Shown here: piece after piece, positions 11,380 to 21,628 of the stretch | Position numbering within the stretch: the first letter of the stretch is position 1 | Layout: every line of letters begins with the position of its first letter | Program-made: the position numbers and the translations under genes | IMG/VR virus record: IMGVR_UViG_3300034418_008158 | Span: 1 to 64,000 of that record | DNA from: a virus | Length of the DNA: 64,000 bases | Reading direction: 5' to 3' (one strand) | The notes under the pieces: model-generated | Databases searched by the model: none | What the model was told of the DNA's origin: nothing | What the model saw: the letters and a program-made list of their open reading frames with translations, nothing else

Positions 11380-11804
11380 TGTATTTCTTTCTGAGTTCTG
11401 TAATTATCTTTCTAGGTAAGAGCTTTGCTGATGTATTTGGCAATGAAGCTGCCTGGAATAGGTCATGGTTTAAAAAGTTTAAAAAAACTTCTTTCTTGGG
11501 CCCTAAAGATTACACTTCAGAAAGAAAAGATAGTATGGGAGCTTGGATTAGCTCCCATACTTTTCTCTCTTTTAAAATAAGTAACTATTTATCTCACACA
11601 ATTCTTGTACCTTTGACTGATGCTTGGCATTTTTCAAACACTATAAGAAGAGTAGGTATATATTTAGCTGTTTTCTTTGCATTGAAATGCGCCTTTCCAA
11701 CACTAGAAGCTGCTAAATACACTGCTATCTTCATAGCTATAAATCAAACAGGTTTCTGGTTATTCTACAATTATATTATTCAGAAATCAGCAATAAAAGC
11801 TTAG
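11376..11804 (+). CDS. Membrane protein
   Basis: Hydrophobic segments; TDAWH motif; ATGA overlap with upstream gene. Confidence 0.55.
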   Translation: MMYFFLSSVIIFLGKSFADVFGNEAAWNRSWFKKFKKTSFLGPKDYTSERKDSMGAWISSHTFLSFKISNYLSHTILVPLTDAWHFSNTIRRVGIYLAVFFALKCAFPTLEAAKYTAIFIAINQTGFWLFYNYIIQKSAIKA

Positions 11805-12177
11805 AGTATTTCTTCTCTACAGTAAATCCTTGCTTTAGCATAGCTTGATCAAAAGTGTCTGGAAGTTGATTTGGGTCAACTAAAACACTTCCTAAGAGTT
11901 GTCCATCTTGCCCTACTTCATAATACTTTTGTATTTTTTCTACTTCTGCAAGACAGGCTTCCAAAAATTCCTTATCAGTTTTTAATAAATCTTTAGGTAT
12001 AATTTCTGTTTTCTCTATCCCTAGGGTAAAATACTTTTTAAAATGTACTAAGTAATATGTCCCACCTCTATGTATTCTTACATGAGTTGAAAAATGAGTC
12101 TTTCTTATTACATTGTCCCATGTATCATCATTCCCAAAAGTGTAAGAGTCCATATAAAACTTTGGATAAATCTTCAT
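11776..12177 (-). CDS. Hypothetical protein
   Basis: 133 aa ORF, last gene of the minus-strand block; ends KLLLLISE. Confidence 0.6.
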   Translation of the reverse strand: MKIYPKFYMDSYTFGNDDTWDNVIRKTHFSTHVRIHRGGTYYLVHFKKYFTLGIEKTEIIPKDLLKTDKEFLEACLAEVEKIQKYYEVGQDGQLLGSVLVDPNQLPDTFDQAMLKQGFTVEKKYSKLLLLISE

Positions 12178-12186
12178 AATTATAAA

Positions 12187-12945
12187 TTAAAAGGTAAATG
12201 AATAGGTTAGACCAACACCAAATTGAAGACCTGTCTGTATAGTCCCATCTCTGATCCTAGTAGCACCATAACCAGTATATACCCCCATACCAAACCTTTT
12301 CTTCTTAGCTGTTGAAACTTTGTATGATCTTACTGCTGTTGTTTCAGAGTAAGGACTATCATTAGAGATTTCAACAAAAGGTATAGGCTTTTTAAACCAA
12401 CCTTGTTTTTCTTCACCAATTACTACAGAGTAAGAGTTTTTAAGTTTAAGGGAATCAATGATAAGTTCTTGTCTATTCATTGTTACTTTCCCTTTTACCC
12501 AATCATTAAGGTTAAAACTTTTAGAGTATTCAGGATAAATGTACCAAGTACCATCTTCACTTGCCGATATAGTATCGTGATGCGTTACTACTATGTCATG
12601 AAGTATAGTGTCAATTAATGTTTCAGTTTGAAAGACTGTAACATTTCCTGAATTCTTTAATTGTTTCTGGAACTCATTAACTTTAGTTTGAAGAGCCATG
12701 ATTAAAGAGTCTGTAGTCTTTAATCTCAGGAAAGTTTTTGTCTCCTGAGACTCGAAGACACTAATTCTCGCTCTATTGATACCATCTTTATCTTTCCAGG
12801 TCTTGAGAGAATCAGTGAGTACTTCATTAAAGGCAATTTGTTCTCCAAGTTGTGAAGCTTTTTCCCTACCTCTCCACCAAAAGAAGAGAAGTAGGATAGC
12901 AAGGGCTATAATGATTATAGTTTTTAGATCAAAGAATTTTTTCAT
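12187..12945 (-). CDS. Membrane-anchored coiled-coil protein with C-terminal beta-signal (spanin-like candidate)
   Basis: Likely start MKKFFDLK at 12945. N-terminal TM helix, coiled coil, C-terminal GVGLTYSFTF ending in Phe. Confidence 0.55.
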   Translation of the reverse strand: MKKFFDLKTIIIIALAILLLFFWWRGREKASQLGEQIAFNEVLTDSLKTWKDKDGINRARISVFESQETKTFLRLKTTDSLIMALQTKVNEFQKQLKNSGNVTVFQTETLIDTILHDIVVTHHDTISASEDGTWYIYPEYSKSFNLNDWVKGKVTMNRQELIIDSLKLKNSYSVVIGEEKQGWFKKPIPFVEISNDSPYSETTAVRSYKVSTAKKKRFGMGVYTGYGATRIRDGTIQTGLQFGVGLTYSFTF

Positions 12946-12949
12946 AATT

Positions 12950-13201
12950 TTAAATTTTAAGATGTTCAGCAAATTTCTCAATTTCCATGTTAGTAAAACC
13001 TGGACTACTTTTAACTCTGAACCCAGCACGATCTAAAAGAGTTATATTCTTATATCTAAGATCAACTCTAATCTGCGCACCATTCCCATTTGTAAAATAT
13101 AGCTTTCTAGTTTTAGCTACATGTTGATGATTGAAGCCAATCATCTTAATATAATTGATGAAGTTTTGATCACCAATAAAATTTATAACTTTCTTTACCA
13201 T
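12950..13201 (-). CDS. Hypothetical protein
   Basis: 83 aa ORF in operon orientation. Confidence 0.55.
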   Translation of the reverse strand: MVKKVINFIGDQNFINYIKMIGFNHQHVAKTRKLYFTNGNGAQIRVDLRYKNITLLDRAGFRVKSSPGFTNMEIEKFAEHLKI

Positions 13202-13258
13202 TTTAAAATGATTTTAAAGATAAATAAATAGAAAACTTATTGTGGTTCTTCACAATGT

Positions 13259-13783
13259 TCACTTAGAATTTTCTTCTTCTCGATCTGAACCAGAGCCACC
13301 AATCATACCCTTGGCTTTTCTAGCTTGAAGTTTTTCATAATTAGCTTGAAGAGCTTCTTCGATGTCAATACTATAGATATTTGCCAAAAGGCATAAATTC
13401 ATAGCAAAGACATGGTATTCAGTGTTCAAATCAATAGCATTGAAAGAACCATCTCGATAATACTTCTTAACTATTTCAGCTATTCTCCCTAAAGCTTTGT
13501 TAGCATTAGCTTTCACTGAAGATTCCATTAAGAAGTTTTTGTCCAAAGTATGAACATCAGCAGGAAAAACATCAAGTATTTGTAATCCAGCTTCTTGACA
13601 ACTAGCAGTAAGATACCAACAGACATCACCAAACTCTTTTTTCTGATCATGTTCTCCTTCTCCAAGGACTTCACAGAACTCTTGAAATTCTCCCATTAGT
13701 CCTAAAGTAGTGTAAGCTAAACCTATCTCTTTTGGATAGATAGCAGTTGATTGAATTGTTTCTTGATAAGTTTCTAAATTCAT
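13259..13783 (-). CDS. MazG-like nucleotide pyrophosphohydrolase
   Basis: Likely start MNLETYQ at 13783. YTTLGLMGE..E and KEFGDVCWY motifs; C-terminal NYEKLQARK...GSGSDR typical of phage MazG. Confidence 0.8.
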   Translation of the reverse strand: MNLETYQETIQSTAIYPKEIGLAYTTLGLMGEFQEFCEVLGEGEHDQKKEFGDVCWYLTASCQEAGLQILDVFPADVHTLDKNFLMESSVKANANKALGRIAEIVKKYYRDGSFNAIDLNTEYHVFAMNLCLLANIYSIDIEEALQANYEKLQARKAKGMIGGSGSDREEENSK

Positions 13784-13877
13784 TTTAATTGATTTTGTAG
13801 GCCAAGAGGAGTAGAGGGGTTTGAATTCCCCTACCCTTTCTTCTAGCCATAGTTGTTTAATCCAACATTCCATCTTA

Positions 13878-14075
13878 TTAGCTTTTGATACCAAAGTGAA
13901 TTGCATATAGAACTTTTGAATGCCCTATAGGCATCTTCTGATAGAACTGAAGTATCTTAGCTTCCAGAATTTGATTCTGATGTTCTAAGTTATTAGTTCT
14001 TTCAGTGATGACTTTCTCAATTTCTTCAGCAAGGTTAAAAGCAAAAGCTGAAATGGGTTGATCAGATTTTGACAT
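13878..14075 (-). CDS. Hypothetical protein
   Basis: Likely start MSKSDQ just after the RNR stop; short coiled coil. Confidence 0.5.
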   Translation of the reverse strand: MSKSDQPISAFAFNLAEEIEKVITERTNNLEHQNQILEAKILQFYQKMPIGHSKVLYAIHFGIKS

Positions 14076-14077
14076 AG

Positions 14078-16162
14078 TTATAAAATTTCGCACCCACTTG
14101 GGCCACAAGCTACTGAATCTTTCTGAGTAGTGTTATCTTCTTCTTCAATGATTTCAGTAAGATTAATATCAGTATTAAGTACGTAATCTAGTTTAGCCTT
14201 AAATACTTCTGGTGAAACTTCTTCAAAAGGTGCATCTCTATAAGTGCCACCATCATAAGGTAAGACAGATAAACCATTGAAAGTGTGCTTGTACTTCCAC
14301 ATCCAAGCTCCTACTGCATCCCATTCATTTACAACTAAATCTCCATCTTGAATATCAGCATTATACGTTAATCCCACATTGTCATCTAGTCCTAATGAAT
14401 ACACCATATCCTTATCTACACTTACAGTAGCAGAAACATTGTTAGTGTTTGGCCCCCTATTGTGCCCTACTTGAACCCATTCAACATTGAACTTTTTAAC
14501 TCTTTCTAGCATTTCAAGAGCATTTTCATTATCTCTTATTAATGCAGTTTGAGGAGCTACTTGAGGAATCCCAATAACAGCAGACATAGGATCATAATCC
14601 ATCTCTTTTATCAATAATGGATGATTTTTTTTAAAGAAATTATAAAGATGATCTCCAATTCTACATTGCATATTTCTAATATACATGGCTGAGTGCCAAG
14701 CATGTATGCCTGAAGAAGTACCCACTACACAAGAGGTTGTTCCTGATGGTTTAATAGTAGTAGTTCTTGCAGCTTTGTTAATACCAATAAGATTAGCAAC
14801 TCTTTCGTTCTCTTTTTTAACTAGTAAAGCAGTTTCTCTAAGATTTAAATCATCAATATTCCCATTACAAATACCAGTAATTCCAACACCAATTAAAGCA
14901 TCTTTTTCAGTATTAGTTTTCCAAATAGTACGAAGATAATGAAAGTCTGAGAATCCTGCTTGAAGAGTCCCAAAGAAGGCAGCTACTCTAGCTCTTTCAT
15001 TAAAGTCATTTTGGAATTTAACCCATAATTGCATACCTTCATCCATACTCTTTCCATCATACTCAGGACTATCTATTTTTCCTACTAACCCTTCTCCAAT
15101 AGTTCCAGCATTGATTTCAGTAAGATTACAAAATGTGTAAGGTCTTAGACTGATCTCACAACATGGATTAGTACCATATTCAGGATCATTAGTAAAGTAA
15201 ATACCAGGTTCTCCAGAATTTGATTCTACAGTTGTTTGCCATAGAGTTTGAAACTCTTCTTCCTTTACTCGATTTCTCAAGATGACAGCAGAGTTATTAG
15301 CTCTACCTCTTTGAGGGTTGAGTTCCCACCAGTTACCAGCTTTGGCAGTAGCCATCTCTTTATCATCCATAGAGAATAAAGCAATAAGAGCAGCTCTTCT
15401 TATACCACCAGCAAGCACTGCATCAGCTATATAACAACAAATATCATGTACTTCAACAGTGGTAAGTTTAGAACCATTTTCTTTTTCGTTTAGAATTGCC
15501 TCTATATTTGTTAAACAAATCCTTAAAGGTTCTGGCCCTGGAGCTTTACCACCAGCAGTTACTAGTCTTTCTCCTTTCTTTCTAATATCAGAATAATCAA
15601 ATCTAGGTCTTACTTTAGTGATTCCAAAATGTGATTTCATTAATTGTTTTACTGCATCAGCCCAGCCTTCAATAGAATCACCTATAAGGTATTTTGCTTC
15701 TTTAGTTGGTTGAATAACCTCTGGCAATTCCCTTACATGATGATATTGTATTGAATAGCCAACACCAGTTCCACCTAAAAGTAAAAACATCAGTTCTGAA
15801 AAACCTCTGTAATCATTTATTGGCATGTAAGAACAATTGTAGATACGTGCTTCATTCTTCTCTATTGCTGGGCCTGCAAATTGTAGGGCTCTCATTGAAG
15901 GTAAAACTTTTTTGTCGTAGAGGTATTGGCTATTGTCGAGAATTTCTTGTACTAAAGGAGTAAATTCTCCTTCTAAAAATTGAGCTTCAGGCCATGTATT
16001 AAAAGCCTCATTATCAAATTGGTTGCCATACTTCTTGATCATCATGGTAAGATAACGATTAATGATTTCATTCCAATCTTCTCTACGCTTTTCTTCAGGT
16101 AGGTACTTAGCATACTTATTATAGGTGACAATGTTACCTAGGATTTCTTGCGTTTTATCCAT
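14078..16162 (-). CDS. nrdJ: Class II (B12-dependent) ribonucleotide reductase
   Basis: PSMR, YNC, GGTGVG, GGIRRAA, TNPCCE and TTIKPSGT motifs; C-terminal CGPSGC pair; no beta subunit gene nearby. Confidence 0.9.
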   Translation of the reverse strand: MDKTQEILGNIVTYNKYAKYLPEEKRREDWNEIINRYLTMMIKKYGNQFDNEAFNTWPEAQFLEGEFTPLVQEILDNSQYLYDKKVLPSMRALQFAGPAIEKNEARIYNCSYMPINDYRGFSELMFLLLGGTGVGYSIQYHHVRELPEVIQPTKEAKYLIGDSIEGWADAVKQLMKSHFGITKVRPRFDYSDIRKKGERLVTAGGKAPGPEPLRICLTNIEAILNEKENGSKLTTVEVHDICCYIADAVLAGGIRRAALIALFSMDDKEMATAKAGNWWELNPQRGRANNSAVILRNRVKEEEFQTLWQTTVESNSGEPGIYFTNDPEYGTNPCCEISLRPYTFCNLTEINAGTIGEGLVGKIDSPEYDGKSMDEGMQLWVKFQNDFNERARVAAFFGTLQAGFSDFHYLRTIWKTNTEKDALIGVGITGICNGNIDDLNLRETALLVKKENERVANLIGINKAARTTTIKPSGTTSCVVGTSSGIHAWHSAMYIRNMQCRIGDHLYNFFKKNHPLLIKEMDYDPMSAVIGIPQVAPQTALIRDNENALEMLERVKKFNVEWVQVGHNRGPNTNNVSATVSVDKDMVYSLGLDDNVGLTYNADIQDGDLVVNEWDAVGAWMWKYKHTFNGLSVLPYDGGTYRDAPFEEVSPEVFKAKLDYVLNTDINLTEIIEEEDNTTQKDSVACGPSGCEIL

Positions 16163-16251
16163 TTTATTGAATTTTAAAATTAAATTATGTATTAGAAAAA
16201 TTACCAGGAGCAGAATATACCCCTGGCTTTGGATTCATAAGATACAAAAAA

Positions 16252-16578
16252 TTATACTATTATGTCAACTTTTGTCTCTTCTTCTTTCTCCTCTTTATTG
16301 TCAATAGCAATAATATCATCATAAGGCACAATTACATGAATGATCATTCCCTTATCATTTTTCTCAATTAATTTTGTCCCTTGAAACTGGACATACTGAG
16401 AAAAAACAGGAGTGTCTCCTATATTAATTCTTCCTTCTGGACATTCATCACCAACTTGGAGAACCTTGAATTTAAAATCAAACTTATCGCTATCTGAAGC
16501 GTTGTCAGGCAAAATTAATCCAGATTTTTTCTCTTTCATTTTTTGCTCAATTAAAACTCTTTTCCCTAATACTTTCAT
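16252..16578 (-). CDS. groES: GroES-like co-chaperonin
   Basis: MKVLGKRVLIE...SGLILP...VLQVG...DDIIAI Cpn10 pattern. Confidence 0.85.
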   Translation of the reverse strand: MKVLGKRVLIEQKMKEKKSGLILPDNASDSDKFDFKFKVLQVGDECPEGRINIGDTPVFSQYVQFQGTKLIEKNDKGMIIHVIVPYDDIIAIDNKEEKEEETKVDIIV

Positions 16579-16580
16579 AT

Positions 16581-17108
16581 TTACTTTTTTGTTTTAGTAC
16601 GTGTTAAAATACAATTATTTAAATAAAAACCATCCCCTTTAAGGGTAAAAGTGAAGACATTATAGTACATAGTCATTGTGTACTCCCACCTTGATTCTTC
16701 AGAAACAAACACATAAGGTTTAACAGGTGTTCCATAAATATTATAAAGGGCTCTCATTACTTGAACTGGTCTCGCATTGTATAAAATAACTGCTGAACCT
16801 TCTTTATAGTATTTTATTTCTTCTTCTATTAAAGCTTGTATGAAATCTTCGTTTGCAAAGTCTTCCATAGTAAAGTAGCCTGAGTCTTCTTTAGGTACTT
16901 CGACTTTTATACTTATATCATTAAGTCTTTTTTCCCAAGTTTCAAACTTTTTAGTAAGTAATAACTCGGCTTGTGCTACATCTTTATCTCTTTCAACTTC
17001 AGACAATATGGAGTATTTACTACCAAAGTACGAAGCTAAGAGAAAATTCTGGACTAAGCTAATAATTCCTAGGATAATTCCTAGAATAATAAATTCTAAT
17101 AAACTCAT
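16581..17108 (-). CDS. Hypothetical membrane-anchored protein
   Basis: N-terminal TM segment; 175 aa. Confidence 0.55.
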   Translation of the reverse strand: MSLLEFIILGIILGIISLVQNFLLASYFGSKYSILSEVERDKDVAQAELLLTKKFETWEKRLNDISIKVEVPKEDSGYFTMEDFANEDFIQALIEEEIKYYKEGSAVILYNARPVQVMRALYNIYGTPVKPYVFVSEESRWEYTMTMYYNVFTFTLKGDGFYLNNCILTRTKTKK

Positions 17109-17119
17109 AATTATTTTAT

Positions 17120-18589
17120 TTAAACATTTAAAAAATAAAGTTCGTGTCTGGCTCTAGTTCTAGCCACGTATTTAAGATTCTCTTCCTGCTGTAATTGATC
17201 AGGTGTAGTTGCAAACTTAGAAGGTATCAAATTCTCATTAAGTATATACACAACATCAGCTTCTAATCCTTTTGCTTTATGTATAGTGCATAATTTAATA
17301 GAGTCTTCTTTACCTTTAAAGATCACTTTCATTAGTATTGAAAGTTTACTAACTAGTTCATGGTCAGAAAGGTTAAAGCCTTGTACTAAACGCTTAAAAT
17401 TTATAGAATTCTCTAAAAAAATATGATACAACATCTTACTTCTTTCACTTCCTTCTATTGCAAGGTCAAAGAGCTTACCTTCAATCTTAGCTTTTGCACT
17501 TTTAATAGTCAACTTATCATATGGTTTTAAGAAACGTGTTACAGAGTTAAGAATATCTGTCCCTTCAATGTAGCAAGATTTACCTTGAGCAAAAAGTATA
17601 AAGTATAGATTTATGATAGGAGCAGAATTTCTGCAAACCACCATTGATCTGTCTTTAATTTGATTATAATTGTTTATCTCTTCAACTACTCCAGGTTTTT
17701 CACTGAAGGCTTGCATTACATCGTAAACCTCATTTGCTGATTCAATGATACCTGTATCACATCTATAGCAAATATCAAGAGTACATTCTTTTACGTTGTC
17801 TTTACCCTTAAATAAATTAAAAGAATCTGCATAAGCCCCACTAAATCCATAGATACTTTGATTTCTATCTCCAACTGCAATCCATTTTTCAAGAGAAGGT
17901 TGTGCAATTATTTTATCAATTAAAGCATGTTGGCATAAGTTTAAGTCTTGAGCTTCATCAACCATCAAATAAGTAGGATAAATAGGAATTTCAAGATCAT
18001 ACCTTACAGGCACATAAATCATGTCATTAAAATCAACCACAATTTTATTACCTTCATAACTAGCATCTCTTAACTCCTTAAACATCTCCCATAAGTTTTC
18101 CATATCGGGTGCAGTATATAGGTATTTGCCTATACTAACACCATAGTCCACTATTTGTTTATAGTCTCCTGTCAAGAATAACCTGGAGATGTCATTCATA
18201 TCCATAAGTGTATAAGTAATTCTCAATTTATCTTCCCAGGAAAGGTATTTAAAAAATTTCCTGTTTTGATTTTGGAATTCTCTCACTAGATCATAATTCT
18301 TTCCTTTGTTTACTACAACTTGTTTCCAATTTCTAATTGAAGATAAACCAAGACTATGTATAGTCAAAGATTTACCTTGTTCCAAGCCTTTGTTTTCAAT
18401 TTTCTCTTGTATTTCCTTTTGAACTGAAGAGTTAAAAGCTAAAAATAAAGTCCTATGTTTACATAAAGCAAGCAATTCAAGAAGAGTGGTAGTTTTACCA
18501 CTCCCTGCAACTGCATTAATAAGGATATTATGTTTTGTGTCAGTCCAAGTTTCAAAAATTTTTTCTTGTCTTGTGCTGGCTTTTAACAT
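17120..18589 (-). CDS. UvrD/Rep-like SF1 helicase
   Basis: AVAGSGKT, DEAQD, GDRNQSIYGF, HKAKGLE, YVARTRA motifs. Confidence 0.9.
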   Translation of the reverse strand: MLKASTRQEKIFETWTDTKHNILINAVAGSGKTTTLLELLALCKHRTLFLAFNSSVQKEIQEKIENKGLEQGKSLTIHSLGLSSIRNWKQVVVNKGKNYDLVREFQNQNRKFFKYLSWEDKLRITYTLMDMNDISRLFLTGDYKQIVDYGVSIGKYLYTAPDMENLWEMFKELRDASYEGNKIVVDFNDMIYVPVRYDLEIPIYPTYLMVDEAQDLNLCQHALIDKIIAQPSLEKWIAVGDRNQSIYGFSGAYADSFNLFKGKDNVKECTLDICYRCDTGIIESANEVYDVMQAFSEKPGVVEEINNYNQIKDRSMVVCRNSAPIINLYFILFAQGKSCYIEGTDILNSVTRFLKPYDKLTIKSAKAKIEGKLFDLAIEGSERSKMLYHIFLENSINFKRLVQGFNLSDHELVSKLSILMKVIFKGKEDSIKLCTIHKAKGLEADVVYILNENLIPSKFATTPDQLQQEENLKYVARTRARHELYFLNV

Positions 18590-18975
18590 ATGTCACTATT
18601 GTTTTCTTTAGTAGCCCAATGAACTTTATCTTCAGTCTCATCTTCAATAAAGGAAAGGAAACTTTCATAATCAAATCTGTCATCCATCTCTGGTCTATGT
18701 TTCATCATCCAAGCTAAAAATAAAGTGTTGCACTGCATGTGTCCTATATGAGATAGTCCACTTTCAGGGCAGTTATCTTCACCTTCCAAAAAAGCATGTA
18801 CATGCCTTAATAATGATTCACATATTTCTTGAATAGATAAACCTTTCATCCAATTGTAAGCAGCATACTTTTCAGCTCCAAATTCTAAAACTCTAACCAT
18901 GGGTTCAAGTGCAGAAAAAGGTACAAGCCCCCATTGAGGCTTGTCAGTATTATATCTATCTCCTTTAGTCTTCAT
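18583..18975 (-). CDS. DUF5664-like dATP/dGTP diphosphohydrolase domain protein
   Basis: GDRYNTDKPQW.L, GAEKY..NW.KG, SLLRH, ESGLSH motifs. Confidence 0.8.
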   Translation of the reverse strand: MKTKGDRYNTDKPQWGLVPFSALEPMVRVLEFGAEKYAAYNWMKGLSIQEICESLLRHVHAFLEGEDNCPESGLSHIGHMQCNTLFLAWMMKHRPEMDDRFDYESFLSFIEDETEDKVHWATKENNSDIC

Positions 18976-19540
18976 AATTAAAAATTTCTTCTTTGTGATT
19001 TAATGGAAACTCATACTCTTCAGGCATTGTTACTAGTTCATTAGCTTTTACTTTAGTGCCATAAACTTTGTTTTGATTTTTAACAAATTCTTCAAGAGCT
19101 TTTGATTTCTTTAATAAAATGTTAGCAGCTTTTGTATCTGTTTGTAGAAATAAAGTTTTTATTTCTTCTTCAGTGTACATCTTGCTATACTTACCTTCTA
19201 AGAAATACTCATAAGTTTTTAAATAAGCTTTTGGTATTGCAATTACTACCATATGTCTTCTAGCATCTTTAAGATCAGGAGTAAATGGGTAATCAGCAAG
19301 ATAGTATTTTTCATACTTAATCCATTCTAAAAATTTTATGAAATTTCTTGGTTGGTACTTTGCATCACAGAGTAAATAAATACTTGGTGTAGGATTAAAA
19401 TGGTTGTCATCACCTATTCCTGCTGCCAATTTAAAAACTGTATTAATTTTGTCTGTAAACGTTGATCCGTAGAAAGAGAGACAAGGGCTCAGAAACTTCC
19501 AAGTTTTGTTCTCTAACATTTTTCCAATTTTAATATCCAT
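18965..19540 (-). CDS. Conserved phage hypothetical protein
   Basis: 191 aa; F.EGKYSKMY motif. Confidence 0.6.
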   Translation of the reverse strand: MDIKIGKMLENKTWKFLSPCLSFYGSTFTDKINTVFKLAAGIGDDNHFNPTPSIYLLCDAKYQPRNFIKFLEWIKYEKYYLADYPFTPDLKDARRHMVVIAIPKAYLKTYEYFLEGKYSKMYTEEEIKTLFLQTDTKAANILLKKSKALEEFVKNQNKVYGTKVKANELVTMPEEYEFPLNHKEEIFNYED

Positions 19541-20375
19541 GCGTAGGTAGTTTCATACATTTAGAGAAAGTGAGGGAATCATAATACTCTTTAGCTTTTT
19601 TTAGTCTTGATTCTAAGAACATAATATCTTCTTGAATATCTCCTTGAAGTTTGTAGGTTTTAATCCTATACTCAATAGGGAGATTATTAATTGATTTTTG
19701 TTCTTTTTCAAAACGTAACATCTCTTTCTCTGAGAAATTTTTAGCATAAGTATTAAGCATTTCTTCTGGAATAGGCATAAGTACATAGTCAAGATAAGCA
19801 CTAGTACAATTATAAAGAAGACAATATGCTATAAGTTGCCAATGGTACTGAAGAGGAATTCCTTTTTTCTTTTTAAAAGTTTTCCAGGTTTCAGGTACTT
19901 TTACATCTCTTACAATCTCTTGAGATGAAACAATAATATCAGCTTCTCCAGTTAAAAAGTCAAGAGACATTCTTGTTCCATTTTTCTCAAAAGACATCTT
20001 ATAATACTTAGCCAGAAGCTCAATAGCACCATCTTCGCATAAATTCCCTTTCATAATTTTAAATAAACCATCTCCTATTGAGAAATCATAGAAGCTATAG
20101 TTTAACTCTAACCATCTTTCTTCAAGATAGGTTTTAGCACCATCAGGTAAAGGGTCATGTTCTGCATTATACTTCTGAGTCATTTGACTTTTTAAACTCT
20201 TTGCATCTGTTGCTATTCCTGGTGTCATGCAGTAATCGTCAATCTTAGCAAGAGAAAAAGTCTCTTTTTTCTTTTGAACTTTTGTTTTGACTTTCTCTAG
20301 GATTTGAAAGTATGCACCCTCATCAAAGTTTGGTCTATTTGTGCATATACTGTATGCACTCGATGATCTTATCAT
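19530..20375 (-). CDS. YqaJ/lambda-exonuclease-like PD-(D/E)xK nuclease
   Basis: KGNLCE, TGEADI, DVK, YHWQLIAY motifs. Confidence 0.8.
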   Translation of the reverse strand: MIRSSSAYSICTNRPNFDEGAYFQILEKVKTKVQKKKETFSLAKIDDYCMTPGIATDAKSLKSQMTQKYNAEHDPLPDGAKTYLEERWLELNYSFYDFSIGDGLFKIMKGNLCEDGAIELLAKYYKMSFEKNGTRMSLDFLTGEADIIVSSQEIVRDVKVPETWKTFKKKKGIPLQYHWQLIAYCLLYNCTSAYLDYVLMPIPEEMLNTYAKNFSEKEMLRFEKEQKSINNLPIEYRIKTYKLQGDIQEDIMFLESRLKKAKEYYDSLTFSKCMKLPTHGY

Positions 20376-20440
20376 AATTTTTTAGGTTAAAAGAAAAAGA
20401 AGACAATGCCATACAGCACCATCTTCTTGTTTCCAGGTGA

Positions 20441-21628
20441 TTATTTTACTTTATTTAAACTTTTAGAAATGTCTGATAATCTTAGAAGCATCTTACTTCT
20501 TGAAATCTCAGGAATTTCAGGAATATCTAAAGTATAGTCAAAACTCTGATCTGTACTAATATCTCCATCGTAAAGAATTTCACTCATAAAATCGTCTTCA
20601 AACCCATCTCCAAAGGTTTCACTGTATTCATCCAACTTAGATTTATCTTCAATGACTTTTATTGGAAAATAACGACAAGTCCTCATTTTACCATAGTTGT
20701 CAGAAGGTGGTACAGCTACTACATCAGCAGGATTAACAAGCACCATAATAGAAGTTGTACCAAAAGAGCCACTATTGACTAGCCATTCTTTACCAGCAAC
20801 ATGAAGACCATGACTACAGGTATAATCTTGTCTTGCATCACACTCTGTTCTAGGTATAGAAACAGCTTTACCAATAGTAATTTGCATTGTTTTTGTATAA
20901 CTGTCTGTATAGACTGTACCTTTTTCTTCAGAAAGTCCTTTGTACAACTCATCAAGATTTCCTTCAACTGTATAGTTTTCACTTTGAAATTCAGGAGAAT
21001 AAACTTTACCACTTTTAGTAGATTTATAATTTCCTTTATCATCAAGGTAAAGAGTATAGTTTTTAGGAGATTTTTTATGCTTAAATTTAACTTTAGCATA
21101 CTCATGAGTGATTACTTTTGTCATTTCACAATCATACAAATTCCCTTCTGATTTAATCTCTACATTACGATAAGCAACGAATAATCCACTCTTTGATATT
21201 GTCATACCATACTTGTTAAGAAACCAAAATAAATTAGTTCTAGCTCTTGAATCTGGATTTAAACAACATAGAGTCCAAAAATTAATATAGGTCTGTAATA
21301 ACTCAGTATTTCCTGCTTTTTCTGCATCATAAATAGCAATAGCAAGAGATTCAGGCAAAGTAAGTTCTGATACAGATTTTAAGTACAGGCTGTTACCAAA
21401 AGAAGTAAGAACTTTAGAACTTTTTATATCAGAATAAAGAGTTTCTTTTTCTTCAATTTCAATTTCTAATTCTACTTTCTTTGGTGTCATTAGAAGTTTT
21501 ATTTTATCTTCATCTTCTAAATTGTCTTTGATTTCTTTAAAAAAGAGATCATCACAATTAGATTTAGATAAAAATGTACCATCATTTAAGATGATAGTTA
21601 GGTTAGAACCAATTTTACTAATCTTCAT
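20441..21628 (-). CDS. rIIB: rIIB-like protein
   Basis: GLFVAYR, CSHGLHV, VNPADVVAVP.D.YGKMRTCRY motifs; follows rIIA. Confidence 0.85.
   Translation of the reverse strand: MKISKIGSNLTIILNDGTFLSKSNCDDLFFKEIKDNLEDEDKIKLLMTPKKVELEIEIEEKETLYSDIKSSKVLTSFGNSLYLKSVSELTLPESLAIAIYDAEKAGNTELLQTYINFWTLCCLNPDSRARTNLFWFLNKYGMTISKSGLFVAYRNVEIKSEGNLYDCEMTKVITHEYAKVKFKHKKSPKNYTLYLDDKGNYKSTKSGKVYSPEFQSENYTVEGNLDELYKGLSEEKGTVYTDSYTKTMQITIGKAVSIPRTECDARQDYTCSHGLHVAGKEWLVNSGSFGTTSIMVLVNPADVVAVPPSDNYGKMRTCRYFPIKVIEDKSKLDEYSETFGDGFEDDFMSEILYDGDISTDQSFDYTLDIPEIPEISRSKMLLRLSDISKSLNKVK

Noticed and set aside
18583-18975. Z-base (2-aminoadenine) genome system
   Set aside because: A DUF5664-like gene alone is insufficient; no purZ or datZ is recognisable in the window.
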